A DNA stretch of 64,000 nt from Octopus vulgaris (lineage: Eukaryota). Below, piece by piece: positions 14,207-29,901 of the stretch. The stretch is from assembly GCA_951406725.2 (NCBI GenBank), contig OX597823.1, positions 103,664,001-103,728,000 on the forward strand. The letters run 5' to 3'. A model generated the notes under the pieces. The model was not told where the DNA came from. It searched no databases and was given only the letters and a program-made list of their open reading frames with translations. Position 1 is the stretch's first letter. Every line of letters starts with the position of its first letter. The position numbers were made by a program, and so were the translations under genes.

Positions 14207-14678
14207 CGCGGTTTGATCTATAAGTATCCGGACTGTTGTCATAGTAACGAAGCTAAAGCACTGCTGTAAAAAGCGAAAGTGAGCTTGAACTCTGTTGTGC
14301 ATGCGCATTAAGTTTTAACGTTCTAGCTCACTTTCGCTTTTTACAGCAGTGCTTGGAAGGAAGGTGTGTAGCGTGTGATCGTCGCATTGACCATGACAGA
14401 AAATATTGAGCAGAGAATCTGCATCAAATTTTGCAAAACGTTTGACGATACCTGCTCAGGGGCCTACGCAAAATTTTCGAAAAGTTTTCATCGCTCTCGA
14501 CACAATCAAGATCTTGTGCAACTGAAACCTGAGTGTCCTTTTGGTCAGCTGAAAGCAGCTTTGGCGCAAACTTTGCAGACACGCGTCTCATCTTCAGTGA
14601 TAATGGACTGAACCGTAACTAATATGCACATGTTCTGATAACTCACAGATGGTGATTCGACCGTTTCTTGGATAACAC
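14207..14678. mobile_element. mariner (DD34D-type) 5' fragment with internal inversion
   Basis: + strand MTENIEQRICIKFCK from 14393. A later part of the transposase (RITICELSEHVHISYGSV..RRVSAKFAPKLLSADQK..) is on the - strand at ~14474-14678. Confidence 0.75.
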
Positions 14679-15029
14679 TGGTGGCGTGGAGAGGGGAGGC
14701 CGGTATGCATGGGCAACTGCTAGTCTTCCATAAACAACCTTGCCCGGACTTGTGCCTGGGAGGGAAACTTTGTAGGTGCAATCACACGGTCAGTCATGAA
14801 TAGATGCACATACAACGCGTATTATTGTGTTACACGGATAAATGTATACAGAGCTCCTTGCTTACAGAAGCACACATATATACATGTGTTCACCCATCCA
14901 AACATACACGCATTTACGCACAAATATATACGCGTATACACTGAAGAACAATTCCCCTGTACTCTCAGTACCTTCTCATTTGTAGTGACGGCGGTGAAAG
15001 TGTTGTTGTTGTTGTTGCTGTTGCTGCTA

Positions 15030-15394
15030 TAGCTGTTGAGCGAAGCGGGCTTCGTCCCAGAGCTCGCAAGATGGGAGAAGTCCGAAACGTGGTCCTTTGC
15101 TATTTGTAAAACCCGCAGAAGAGAAAGCAGGTCAACTCGCGACACCGAGAGCATCGACGGATGGATGAATGTGCATCCTGGCTCGGCGGTTGCGTAGGAA
15201 GTCGGGGACAAGAAACAAGAAGAAAGAGTGAGAAAAAGTTGGAGCGACAGAGTACAACAGGGGTCGCCCCCCCCCTGCCGGAGCTTTAGGTGTTTTCGCT
15301 CAATAAACACACCCAACGCCCGGTCTGGGAATCGAAACCTCGATCCTCCGACCGCGAGTCCGCTGCCCTAACCACTGGGCCATTGCGCCTCCAC
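15030..15394 (-). mobile_element. tRNA-derived SINE family C, tail type 1
   Basis: Reverse complement of 5726-6078, embedded in (GTT)n. Confidence 0.85.
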
Positions 15395-15811
15395 TGTTGT
15401 TGTTGGAGGTGACGGTAGGAAGAGAAATGGGGTTGTTATGCAATACCTAAGACTAGTAATAGTAATAACTAAGACTACTTATTGTAATGCAACATGATCA
15501 AGGTTACGTTGATAGGTGGTCTAACATCCAGTGTAATCCAATATGTTGTTCCGTAATGATGAAGAGTTTTGATTTGGGAAGTTACAAAATATCAAGGTTT
15601 TCTCTCGCATTGTAACCAAATCTGACTATTCATATGGATATGGCGGATTGTCCATTGATGTTGACGCTGATCTTTCAGTGTTAAGGTCAACGGAATCCCT
15701 ATACGTAAAATTGTGGAGTATTTCTAGAACAGGTGTATTTTAAGAGCAATTTTTAGACGCAATCAGTGCGTGACACAATGTGAAAACTGGACGTTTGAAT
15801 TACAGGATGAG

Positions 15812-16077
15812 AGAGAGAGAGAGTGGGGAGGGAGAGAGATATAGAGAGAGACGGAAAGCAAGATAGCGGGAAAGAGCAAGAGAGAAGGAGAAAGAAAGAA
15901 AGAAAAAGAGCAAGGGAGACAAAGAAGGAGAGAGTGAGTGAGAGAGAAAGTAGGGAGGGAGAGAGAGATAGAGAAAGACGGAAAGCAAGATAGCGGGAAA
16001 GAGCAAGAGAGAAGGAGAAAGAAAGAAAGAGAAAGTGCAAGGGAGACAGAGAAGGAGAGAGTGTGTGAGAGAGAAAA
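15812..16077. repeat. Two tandem copies of a ~127-bp purine-rich unit
   Basis: acggaaagcaagatagcgggaaagagcaag occurs at 15851 and 15978. Confidence 0.85.
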
Positions 16078-16540
16078 AGAGAGCAAGAAAGGAAGAAAGA
16101 AAGAGAGAGAGAGAGAAAAAGAAAGAGAGAAAGAGACAGGGAGAGAGAGGTAGAGTCAACCTCAACGCAAGACTGGTAACTTAGTTATCGACCCCGAAAA
16201 GATAAAAGACAAAGCTGACTTCAGCGTGATTTGAACTTAGAACAAAAAGAAGCGAAGCAAATAACGCGTAGAATTATCCTCGCCGAAAGTTGAACGACAG
16301 AACCGTTGAGTGCCAGAAAGGACTTATATTTGCTCGTAGGTCTTTTCGTTCTAAGTTCAAGTACTACGGAGGTCAACTTTGCCTTTCATCCTGCCGGTAT
16401 AATAATAATAGAGTATCAGTCGATATAATGGAAAATACTCTTCCCTTCGTATATTTGCGGTCTTGTGCCTATGTGATAATTCAGTACCGAGAATGTATGC
16501 GTGTGTTTGTGAATGTGTGTGTATGTGTATGTATGTGTGT

Positions 16541-16606
<66 letters not shown>

Positions 16607-16631
16607 CAATTTCCATATGATTAGACAAGAT

Positions 16632-16855
16632 TACTCCTTAAGGAGCATAGGGATAGTTTTCCGGTTTCTCTGGCGCATATATTCTTCACTAGACAGGATA
16701 CTAGTCCATCGCAGAATTACTCAGCTGAGTAGACTTGTGCAACGTGAAATGAAATGTTTTGTTCAAGAACACAACGTATCGCCCGGTCCAAGGATCGAAA
16801 TCACAATATGACGATCAACAGTCCAACAACGTCACCACTAAGTCATGCACCTTCA
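16632..16855 (-). mobile_element. SINE family D with V-domain-like segment
   Basis: Minus strand has the family D head followed by ctgcgatggactagtatcctgtc. Confidence 0.7.
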
Positions 16856-17091
16856 TAATTTGCGTATAAATGTATGTAATTACGGAAGCATGTGTGCATT
16901 TGTATATTCAAGTGTATACATATGCATACACACATACACACATATGTATGCATGTGTGTGTATGTGAATTTGCATACAAGTGTATGTATTAATAAGTGAA
17001 GCACACATGCGTGTTTGTCTCTATGTGTATTTGTGTGTGTTCGCGCGCACGTTTGAATGTGTATGGTTCATGTATTTAAATGTGTGTATGA

Positions 17092-17154
<63 letters not shown>

Positions 17155-17251
17155 TGTGTGTATACAAATAATTGCATACATATAAATATATAGACACATA
17201 CATATAATTGTGTGTATATATATATATATATATATATACATACAAATACTC

Positions 17252-17292
<41 letters not shown>

Positions 17293-18185
17293 TAGATATA
17301 ATTGTGTGTGTATGCATATACTTGTGTATATATATATGTGTGTGTATATATAAGCATATGCATGTGTGTTCATTTTGGCGTCGTAGCTAATAAAATAGTT
17401 AAAATGGCAGGGTTTCCTGTCCAATCTAGACATTGTATGTTTGTATACATGACACGACCTAAATCTCAACGGCCCAGTCTACTAAGTTGTAAACAGACAC
17501 CACCATGTAATAGACCGCTACTGAACGATGTTAGCAATGGGCGTACAATAAAACTGGAGGGTACCGCCAATTCTGAAACTTAGGAAACGACCGGGTTACT
17601 TCATTTATGCCTCAATGAAATGAAATACGTAGTACTAACCATACACATACAAACACACAGACACACGTATACATCAGTACGCGCCCACACAGAAACTCCA
17701 GTGCTCGTACAGACGCAACACTCAGAAACAAACGGACATTTGCAGGTACGAGAAAATGTTCACACTATAATATAGACAAATTTTTAGTCTTCAACTGACC
17801 TTTGGCAGGTCTTGTTTTCTCAGCTGCAAGGTGTCCAAAACCACCCTCTTCATTAAACAAGTGCTGGACGGATTGTCGCTTTAGTCGCCGGCCGTCGATT
17901 ATGCAACAGGTTGCATTGGGTTACATCATGGTCATGTTACCCAGTAGCGCTCGTAACCAACCTCACACAATATTTGTTTGTGTGTGTATGTATACATATA
18001 CATACATACGTACATACATACATGCATACATATATATTCATATATACGTATGTGTGTGTACATGGTGTGCATGTGTGTGCGCGTGTATATATATATCTAT
18101 GTATGTATATATAAGTTTATATATGCGTGTATATATATGTATATATATGTATATATATGTATATATATGTATGTATGTATGTATA

Positions 18186-18226
<41 letters not shown>

Positions 18227-19484
18227 CAGGGTACAAATTTTATACTTTTACTTTCGCGCATTGTTTGTTTTTGATTTTGTCGACTACACCGTCTGCGAGA
18301 ATAAGAACACTATGATGCAATTCTCTCTGCCAGAAATTTGGAAATGACATACTGTACTGTTTGGCATTCGCACCGGAAGCTCCAATATGAACATCTTAGA
18401 GTGCTTGGGTGCCAATCTGAGGACAGTGCAGAGGATTCGAGAAGATTGGATGAGTCTAATTGTAATTAGGAAGGTACGGCAGCTCAGAAAACTCACTCCG
18501 ATCGTTCTGATAAGAAAAGAACTCCTGAATTTATTGTTGAGATCCAGGCCATGATTGACAATGATCCTTCGAAATCATCCAGGTCCATCACCAGGGATAT
18601 GGGAGTGTCTGAGTTTCTTATCAGGCAGTTAATGCATGGGGACATTCGGTATTCCTCATACAAGATGAGAAACGGCCAATTTCTATCCCAAGCCTTCCAA
18701 GACAAGAGGAAAGACCGCGCTATGAAGCTCTTGAACAAACTCAAGCAACCCCTCCAACCGAGAATGCTTTGGTTTTTCTCAGACGAGAAAAAATTTCTGT
18801 CAGGATCTGATGGTGAACACACAGAACAACCTTTGGCTTGCTGTGTCTCCAAAATATGCACCGAGGGTGATAAAAGTCAAACATCCACTCAACACCATGG
18901 TGTTTGGAGAGATCACTAGTGATAGCGACGTTATGAATCCATTCATCTTGCCACAAGCTTCAGGCTCAACACGAGGGTCTACATCAAGTGCCTGGAGGAG
19001 ATAATGCCGCCCTGGGTCAAGCGGATGACTGCTGGAAGACCCTATGTCTGGCAACAGGATTCTGCACCATGTCACATTAGCAGGAGAACCCAGTCATAGC
19101 TGTCAGACAATTTCTGCGATCACATCACCCCTAACATTTGGCCACCTAACGCCCCAGGCTGCAACCTCCTTGATCACTGTGTGTAGGTTGCACTTGAGCG
19201 AGAGACCAACAAAACTCCTCGTAACACCAAAGGTGAACTGAAGGTAAGGATAATGGCAGCATTGACCAATTTAAACAAGGAGACCGTTTAGAAGAGCTAC
19301 AGGAAATTTCGAAGTCGTTTTGGGGGCGGTGGTTGAAGCCAACGGCGATTTTATTGAATAAATTTACTCTTAAGTAATTCAAGATGTTTTTATGCAATTT
19401 TGGTAAATACATCTGTTAAAATGAGAACTCAGTGTTAATTTTATTTTTGCGTAATTTAGACGGCAGTTTATTCACCGCACCTTG
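18227..19484 (+). mobile_element. maT / DD37D Tc1-mariner transposon, near full length, inactive
   Basis: TA-flanked CAGGGT / ACCTTG ends. Transposase pseudogene 18312-19361 with FFSDEKKF, WQQDSAPCH and WPPNAPGCNLLD; I count 37 residues between the 2nd and 3rd D. Confidence 0.9.
18312..19361 (+). pseudogene. DD37D transposase pseudogene (several stops and frameshifts)
   Basis: ORFs 18551-18919 and 18810-19004 plus manual translation of 19022-19361. Confidence 0.9.
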
Positions 19485-20077
19485 TATATATGAGCAAAGT
19501 AGCTTGTTGCAAAATAGATTAAACTAGTAACTATATTAACAAGTAAATTTAATCGCCACATCAATATGGGGCTGTTCCCTGTTACTACTGGTGTAACCCC
19601 AGGCAGATCTTTCGTCAGCTGACTATTGATGCAGCACTGCACTCCGTCGCTCACCATCAGTCGCTAACACCTAGTTGCCGGAGAGATGGCCTGAGTTCGC
19701 TCTAGCTAGCAATATATTGTAAACAAAGCAACAATCACCAACAAGAAGTAAAATCTCAATAAGGGATGAGAGTAGTAACTATACTAACAAGTAAAGTTAA
19801 TCACCATTATTTGATAAGCACAATTTATGTATTTATGTGCAACTATTACTTTCATGTGCTGAAAGCATGCCAAACAGTGTTTTCTTACACGTCTTGTATC
19901 CTAGCACAATCATCAGACACCGCCCACATAGCATTGTGTTAAAAAAGGCCTGATCTCAACACTGGAAACTAATAGTAGCACATAAATACATATATTGTGT
20001 TTATTAAATAATATTTATTTCTCATCAGATTGAGTACTTCTTTTGATGATTTTACCACCACGGAACAGTACACTATA

Positions 20078-20176
<99 letters not shown>

Positions 20177-20183
20177 ATATATG

Positions 20184-20221
<38 letters not shown>

Positions 20222-20223
<2 letters not shown>

Positions 20224-20530
20224 GTCATGCTGGGGTGCCACATTCAAGGGCGTTTAATCGAACGAGTCGACCTTAGTACTTATTTTTGCTTAAGCATGGT
20301 ATTTATTTTACCCGTTCTGAACCGAACCGCTAAGTCAAGCAGTGGTGGGGGACAAGCACACACACACACACACACATGACGTGCTTCTTTCTGTTTCTGT
20401 CAATCAAGTCCAGTCACAAAGCTTTGGTCGCTCCAGGGTTATAGTTGAAGACACATGCCCAAGGCTCCACACAGTGGGGCTGGGTCCGGAACCGTCTGAT
20501 TGGAAAGCAAACTTCTTATTTCACAGACAC
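20222..20530 (-). mobile_element. Diverged SINE family B
   Basis: gtggtcatgctggg..ccgaaccgctaag..gctttggtcg..gaagacacatgcccaagg. Confidence 0.7.
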
Positions 20531-21785
20531 ACCCATTCATATATTTACATACACATGTATGTTTGTGATAGACTGTGTTTATAGAGTAAACTGAAGAATC
20601 GACTTGTCCCTAAATCTTCAAGGGCAACAAACCTTCTAAGGTTTAAAATAAACAATAACGAAGCAGCTGTATTTTTTTTGCTAAAGTCAATCATACGAAG
20701 GTGAAAGCATGACACGTTTAAGCATGAGTTAATTCATTTTGTATCCATAAGTATTTGACCATCTTTATGCTTTTTTTTTTAACATCTCAATACTATAACA
20801 AAAATAAAAAACAAAGAACCAAACAAAATAAAGCGGGGCCCAAAGAGGGAGCCTGTATGCAACGTGTGGGAAACCCGTCTCTTGGATTCGAATTTCAAAC
20901 TACCCACTGACACTACCGAAGAAAACTCATGTGAAAAAGAAATAGAAAAAATAACAGTTTAATTCTTAAAACTAAACCTGTAATTTAATATAAGTTACAT
21001 ATGAATTTTGTAACATTAAAGATTCATTATATTTTTTCTTAGTACAGATGTGCCCCCATAGGTTCTCATGCACTTGCATTTCAGCCCTGGATTATATATT
21101 AAATAGTTTCACGACCTCTGCATTTATGTTTTTCTCACTTTTTGGTTTGCTAGAAATAACAGCCAAATTACCCTGGATTCATAAAGTAGCGTTCTTTAAA
21201 TGCGAAGAAGTTAAGTAATGGAATCATACTTTGATAGACAAAGTATGAAAGTTAAGATGGAAAACTTGGTTATTCGGGGATAAACTTGCAGCAAAACAGC
21301 AATAATAAATTAATACAAATAGAGTCAATATCAATATGTATGCATATACATATATACATACATATATTTATATATATATTGATATAATATAAGCAATAAT
21401 TCATATATCGTTCTACATTTGTCCTTATGTCTATCTGTCTATCGTCCCTTTATCTGACCTATCCATCTCTTTCTTTCTCAGCTATTTGTTAGTATGTTTG
21501 TGTGTGCACATGTATGCGTGTACGTGTGAGTGTGTGTGTGTGTGTGTGTGTGTATGAGTACGTATGTGTACGTGTCTGTCTACATAAACATACACACGTA
21601 TGTATGTCATTGTTCATATCTATTATGTATTTATGTATGTACGTATGTATGTATGTGTAGTATTTTGGGAGCGTCACATTGCCAGTGATAATCATATGCA
21701 CCGGCTGTCGACATTGTCTTTCACCCTTTCGGGGTCGATAAAATAAGCACTAGTTGAGCACTGGGGCCTTATATCTACAATAGAA

Positions 21786-21787
21786 AG

Positions 21788-21824
<37 letters not shown>

Positions 21825-21934
21825 TTACCACCACCACCACCACCACCACCACTAAAACAACCACCACCACCACCACCACCACCACCACCACCACCACCAC
21901 CACCACCACCACCACCACCACCACCACCACCACC
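21786..21934. repeat. (CTA)n then (CCA)n microsatellite
   Basis: Direct reading. Confidence 0.95.
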
Positions 21935-22440
21935 ATTATTATGGAGTAAGAGAGCAGTGCATGCCATCGAAGTGTCACTGGGGTAAAAGATACGAAGTCC
22001 AGTATATCCACCATGACTACCCATTTGATAAGGGTACATTAGGCACATGCATCACAACCTTATGTACGCGACATGGTGATCTCATATCAAGATAAACAGC
22101 GCATGACCTTGCAGGTGGGGCCCAGTTAGAATTTTCTTCTGGTCGAGTAACCCACCCCACTCAAGAGGTCTCTGAATAAGGGTTGTTTAAGGATGTTGAA
22201 CGAAATACCCATGTTTCCAAAGGTGAATTATACAAACCCTAAAGAATTCCTCTCGCACATATCGTCAGCCACTAAGGGACATACTCAACTAGTTAAGGTC
22301 AAACAACTGACAAGAAAATCTGTGATATTGAGCAGAATATTTGATGTAGCCAATCTTTTATACCAAGACAAAACAATGTACATGATAACACTTCCAATCA
22401 GTTAAGATCAGAAGCTACGAGAGCCACTGCCTGGTACTGC

Positions 22441-24520
<2,080 letters not shown>

Positions 24521-25985
24521 GTATTATTATTATTTATCAGTATATCAATTAATTGTTTTAAGAAATATTTCGCAAGATAATAGTGTAACCCCTGTAACCC
24601 CACCCTCTCCTCTCTTTCTGTGCATTCATATACATTCATACACACACATGTGTGTTTATGTGTGACTGCAAGCCTATAGATTTGCGTCTGTCTATCTATA
24701 TATCTCCATATAAATGTGTGTGTGTGCTTGTATCGAGAGGTTGGTCTAATGGGTGTGTTGATAGTCGTGTATTTACGTTCTGGGTAGCTGGGTATATTGG
24801 TGGCGGTGGTGGTTGGTGGCGGTGGTGTTTTATAGTGGAAAATTGGTGTGTGTATGTGTTTGTGGTGGTGATGCTGAGTGGAGGGCAGACATGGTGCTGT
24901 TTTAGTGTTATAGTGACAGTGGTGTGGTAAGGAACGAGCATGAGGGGTGTGTGTGTGTGTGTGCTTGGGTTTGTGGAGGTGGGTGGGATGGTGTCTGGTG
25001 TTATAGCAGGGCTAACGTCGGTGGTGCTGGTGTCTGTGGTGATGGGGGAAATCGGTGGCTGGGTGTAGGTTTCTTATTGTGATGTGGATGATGTTGGATT
25101 TGATGACGCTTGAGTAAAGGTAGAGAACAAGGTCGTGAAAAAGAAGGAAAAAAAAGATGGGCACTAGGGGTGGGATTGAACTGTAAAAGGGAGTGAGCGA
25201 CTGTGGGGTGCGAGGGTTGAGGTTAGGGATAAATGGTGGTGGTGGTAGTGGTGTAGCTGGTGGAGGCGAAATGTAGATAGGGTGTGAGTGCGTGTATGTG
25301 TGTGCATGTGTGTCTGTGTGCATGAGATATTAACGCCGGCTTTGGCTAAGGGTGTTGCTAGGTGGTTGGATACAGGGTGGGGTTTTTGTTTGGTGGTTGG
25401 TCTGATGGTGGTGGTAAAGGGGTGGTGTGGTGGTTATGGTGGTGATGGTGGTGTAAGCAGGAGTGGGGGTAACATGGAATTGTGAAATATATTTGAGGGG
25501 TGAGACTGGACGGGTGGAGTGGACGCGTGATATGTGTGCGTGTGTGTGTGTGTGTGTTTGTGTGTGTGTCTGTGTGTATTTATCTGTGTACGTGAGTGTA
25601 TATGGGTGTGTGCGTATGCGTATCTGTGTGTATGCGTGTGTATATGTGTGTGTATGTGTGTGCATGTCTGTAGGAATGATGACTCTGTTAGGGGTGGTAG
25701 TGGTGTTGGTGGCTGTTGTAGGTTTTCTGAGCGGAAAATGAAAATTTAGAAGGTTGAGACCATAGAAAGATGGAGAGAGTGAGAGAGAGGGGGGGTGGAG
25801 AAAAAGACGTGAAAGATTGAAAGATTGAGAAACAATGAGAGAAAGAAAGAAAGAAAGAGTATACATGTAAAGGAAGTAGAGTGAGAAAATGGCGGTGGAG
25901 GTGGAGAGGAGGGGATTCTAGTGGTTAGTGGGAAGTGATGGGGGTGGTTATTTGACGGTGGAGGTGGTCTTCTTCTTCCTCTTCC

Positions 25986-26016
<31 letters not shown>

Positions 26017-26335
26017 CTTCTTCTTCTTCTTCTTCTTCTGCTTCTTCTTTTTCTTCTTCTTCTTCTCCTTCTTCTTCTTCTTCTTCTTCTTCTTCTTCTT
26101 CTTCTTCTTCTTCTTCTTTCTCCTCCTCTTCCCCCTCCTCTCCCCCTACTTCTTCGAACTGGATGTGGTAGTGGTGGCAATGACAGTGGCAGTAGCGGTG
26201 GGTATTGGTGGTGTTGGATTGATGGATGGATAGAAAGGCGTGATTATCATTATTATTGTTGTTGTTGTTATTATTATTATTTTATTATTTTTTCTTGTTT
26301 TTTCTGAATTTGACCTTGTGAAGATTTTTCTTCTT

Positions 26336-26351
26336 CAGCGCCCTCTGGTGC
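26336..26351 (-). promoter_or_regulatory. Candidate CTCF site
   Basis: Minus strand GCACCAGAGGGCGCTG matches the CCASYAGRKGGCRS consensus at all but the first base; it lies in apparently unique sequence. Confidence 0.45.
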
Positions 26352-27663
26352 GATTCTCTGAAATTTTCGAACGTTTATAAGTAAGGAACCAGTTTAGGTA
26401 ACAGACCAGTCTTGCACTCAACCGGGTTGAGTACAGATCTTAACTGGTAGCATTCCTTCGGAGATCAAATTCTTCCAGACCAAGGAACATTCATTTCTTT
26501 TTCAAGAAATGAGTAAGTAACATGTCTCAGTTTTTATTTCCTTCTTTGCCATTTATTTTCTCCAAAGTCCTCTTCCTTTTCTTTATTTTAAATCACCTTT
26601 TTACTTTTAAACTATTCCTTCTTTCTTTAATCTATAGACTTTACTTTTCATCAATCTTCAACGTCTTCTTTCCTCATTTAAAGAATTCTTCCATTCCATG
26701 TTCACACACATGTCTCCTGTCTTCTCTTTCCTTTACTTTTTCGTAGAACTCATTCATCCATTTTTATTTAACTATTTATTAATTTATTGTCACTTGCTTT
26801 GTCTCCATATCACTAATTCGTTCGTTACACACACACACATATATGCACACACGCGCACGCACTTCAATATTGAATGTTCTTTTTCTTTTTTTTTTCGGAA
26901 AATGGCTTGATCTGAGCCATGTCTTGAAACTGGAGCAATTACATTGTGGGCGACATTTTTAAGTCATCTTAGAACCAAAACTAATTATATTCACATTTCA
27001 TTTATTTCTTTATAGCTCGGTCTATAAAGGGCTATAAAAATGTTCTTTCACTTCTGCAAACTGATCGTTCACACAGTGCTACAGTAGAGCTGCTTCAGCA
27101 ATCAGGTCGCAGAAGTGCGACATTTTATTTTTTCGATCAATTCATAATAAATAAGAAACAATACAAGGAAAGATAATATATCCGACTTCTGTTCTTACAT
27201 GGCAAAAAAAAAAAAATCCTCCACGATTATACATACATATATGCATTCACACCCATGATACACACATACACGCATATATATATATATTTCTACTGAACGT
27301 TATATTTTGCCGGCTCAGCACACTTTCTGCTTTCCTGCACATGTCTGCTAGTAAAAAAGAAAGAAAGAAAAAATAGATAAAAAGGAAGAAAAGAAAAGAA
27401 ACCACGTGTTAAAATTTAGAAAAGCCGGCATATCTCTGACCTATTTTTGCTGTCGGTCGCGTATTCTCGATTGGGATGATCTTAAGCTATTATAGAATAC
27501 AAATGTTTTAAAGAATACAGGATGTTTGTAAATTCCTGGAGAACCGAGCCTCTAGATCCGGTTTCGAATCTTGCTTTAACTGAATATTTTTCCAGATTCT
27601 TCGCATAAACTTTGGGAAATATATAAATTTTGATTTATTTTTGTTCAACCACTTCAATGTTAT

Positions 27664-27899
27664 TACCTATTTCTTTACTGCCCACAAGGGGGCTAAACAC
27701 AGAGGCGACAAACAAGGAGAGACAAACGGATTAAGTCGATTATATCGACCCCAGTGCGTAACTGGTACTTATTTAATCGACCCCGAAAGGATGAAAGGCA
27801 AAGTCGACTTCGGCGCAATTTGAACTCAAAACGTAGCGGCAGACGAAATACGGCTACGCATTTCGCCCGGCGTGCTAACGTTTCTGCCAGCCCGCCGCC
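27664..27899 (-). mobile_element. Full-length tRNA-derived SINE family A
   Basis: Highly similar reverse complement of 33774-34010. Confidence 0.9.
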
Positions 27900-28635
27900 T
27901 TCTTCAATGTTATTACCTTTTGATGGATACCATTGATAATACATATTGAAGAAATAAAAAAAAAGACAAAGAGAAATTTAAAAAGGAAAATGGAATTCTA
28001 TTTGTCGCACGAGTGCCTGGGTATATGTGAGCTCCTGAATAGCCGAGTCAGCAGTCCACCCAGCTTTTACATCATTCCATTCTACAGATATTTCACATCG
28101 TCTACGTCACTGATACTAGTGGACAAAGTTTCACAGGCCACACCATTTAATTCCGCCCACTTTCTTAGAAAAAGAATAAAAGCGGGAACTATGTACATTT
28201 TTCACATTATCATTTATCCATGAAGAACTTGAATAAAGTTGAACGTGACTAGAGTGAGTGAGATTCACACGCGCTTTATTGCTTGACAATATTGTAAAAA
28301 TGCCCATACAACACATGAAAAATATTGTACAATAATGACAACAGTAAGGATCACTTCATCTGTTATGTCTCTTCCCATATATTTTAACTGTTTTAACTGT
28401 AATTTTTTTTCTTTTGCATGAAAGAAAGGAATCGGTATGATATTTAAAGTATGTTGAGTTTTGTCATTGAATATGTCTCAGCATGTTGTTATCCATGTTA
28501 CAATTGTTAATGATATTCCCGTTGTTGTTGGTCGTACCTAAAAATATATCTCAGAAGCAGCAGGCTAGCTTGTACCCTTCTTATTACGAGCCACGCTAGA
28601 TAACTACAAAGCTGCTCGAGACAGTAAATACTCAC

Positions 28636-28847
28636 ATTGTACAGATTGATACTTGGAGAGTTCGTCACTTTATGATTCAATTATTGAACTATTTCATTGC
28701 ATGGAACCTTTGTCCAGTGGGGAGTGGGATTTGAGGATGTGATCTGAACACGTTTGTTGAAATTTTCTACGGCAGACAGATATGGGGACTGTTGTCGCTG
28801 TTGTACAGAAAATTTCGTAGACTCTGCTTGCATAGATTCGTTGTAGT
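28636..28847 (-). other. Candidate exon, followed by a 98-nt intron and a candidate terminal exon starting at 28537
   Basis: Acceptor ctcttttctag|, donor |gtgagt, next acceptor tatttttag| and AATAAA at 28280-28275. The phase-1 frame is open for 55 codons. No homology recognised. Confidence 0.3.
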
Positions 28848-29362
28848 CTAGAAAAGAGCCAATCAAGCGCTCTCGTGTTTCATATATCTAATCCTATAAG
28901 TATGTAGTTATATGGTGTTTGATATCAGCTCTTTGGAAAACTTCTTGGTAAACTTTGACACTAGATCAAACCAAGATGAGGAATTTAGTGTTAAGATTAT
29001 CTAAATCTAATGAGTGGGGACATAATGTTATCTAGATTAAAATTTAATAAATCTTCAGTCACTCGCAGAGCTGTTGCTAACACTACGTTTTTCTCCTGAA
29101 TATGCGGTGCTGAAAATGGAGTCGTCTAATACACCCATGCGTCTTTTATGCATCAAAAACGGTACTAAAATTAATTCTTTGCTATGGTTAATAATACTTC
29201 CACCATTCATTATATTGGGATACAATTGCAAACGGCAACAATCCATGATTTTTACTTTCTTCCGTCTCCTGTTTCTGACGAAGAAATTGTTTGAAACGTA
29301 AAACTACCTTTCTTTCCTTCACGGAGCCTCTGCTAATACTTTGCATGCACCATGTATATCAA

Positions 29363-29457
<95 letters not shown>

Positions 29458-29469
29458 ATATATATATAT

Positions 29470-29532
<63 letters not shown>

Positions 29533-29593
29533 GTTATATATATATGTATATATATATATTGTATATATATATGTATATATATATATGTATATG

Positions 29594-29624
<31 letters not shown>

Positions 29625-29797
29625 GTATATGTATATATATGTATATATATGTATATGTATATATATATATATGTAGATATATGTATATATATATGTATAT
29701 ACATATGTATATACATATATATATATGTATATATATGTATATGTATATATATATATAAGTATGTATATGTATATATATAAGTATGTATATATGTGTG

Positions 29798-29901
<104 letters not shown>

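Noticed and set aside
19500-20000. Short direct (19524/19771) and inverted (19821/19970) repeats with AAACTAGTA
   Set aside because: Probably another decayed pseudo-LTR, but no core could be assembled.
26405-26448. Known miRNA (miR-92-like TTGCACT)
   Set aside because: The match is limited to the seed-like heptamer and the hairpin geometry is not pre-miRNA-like.
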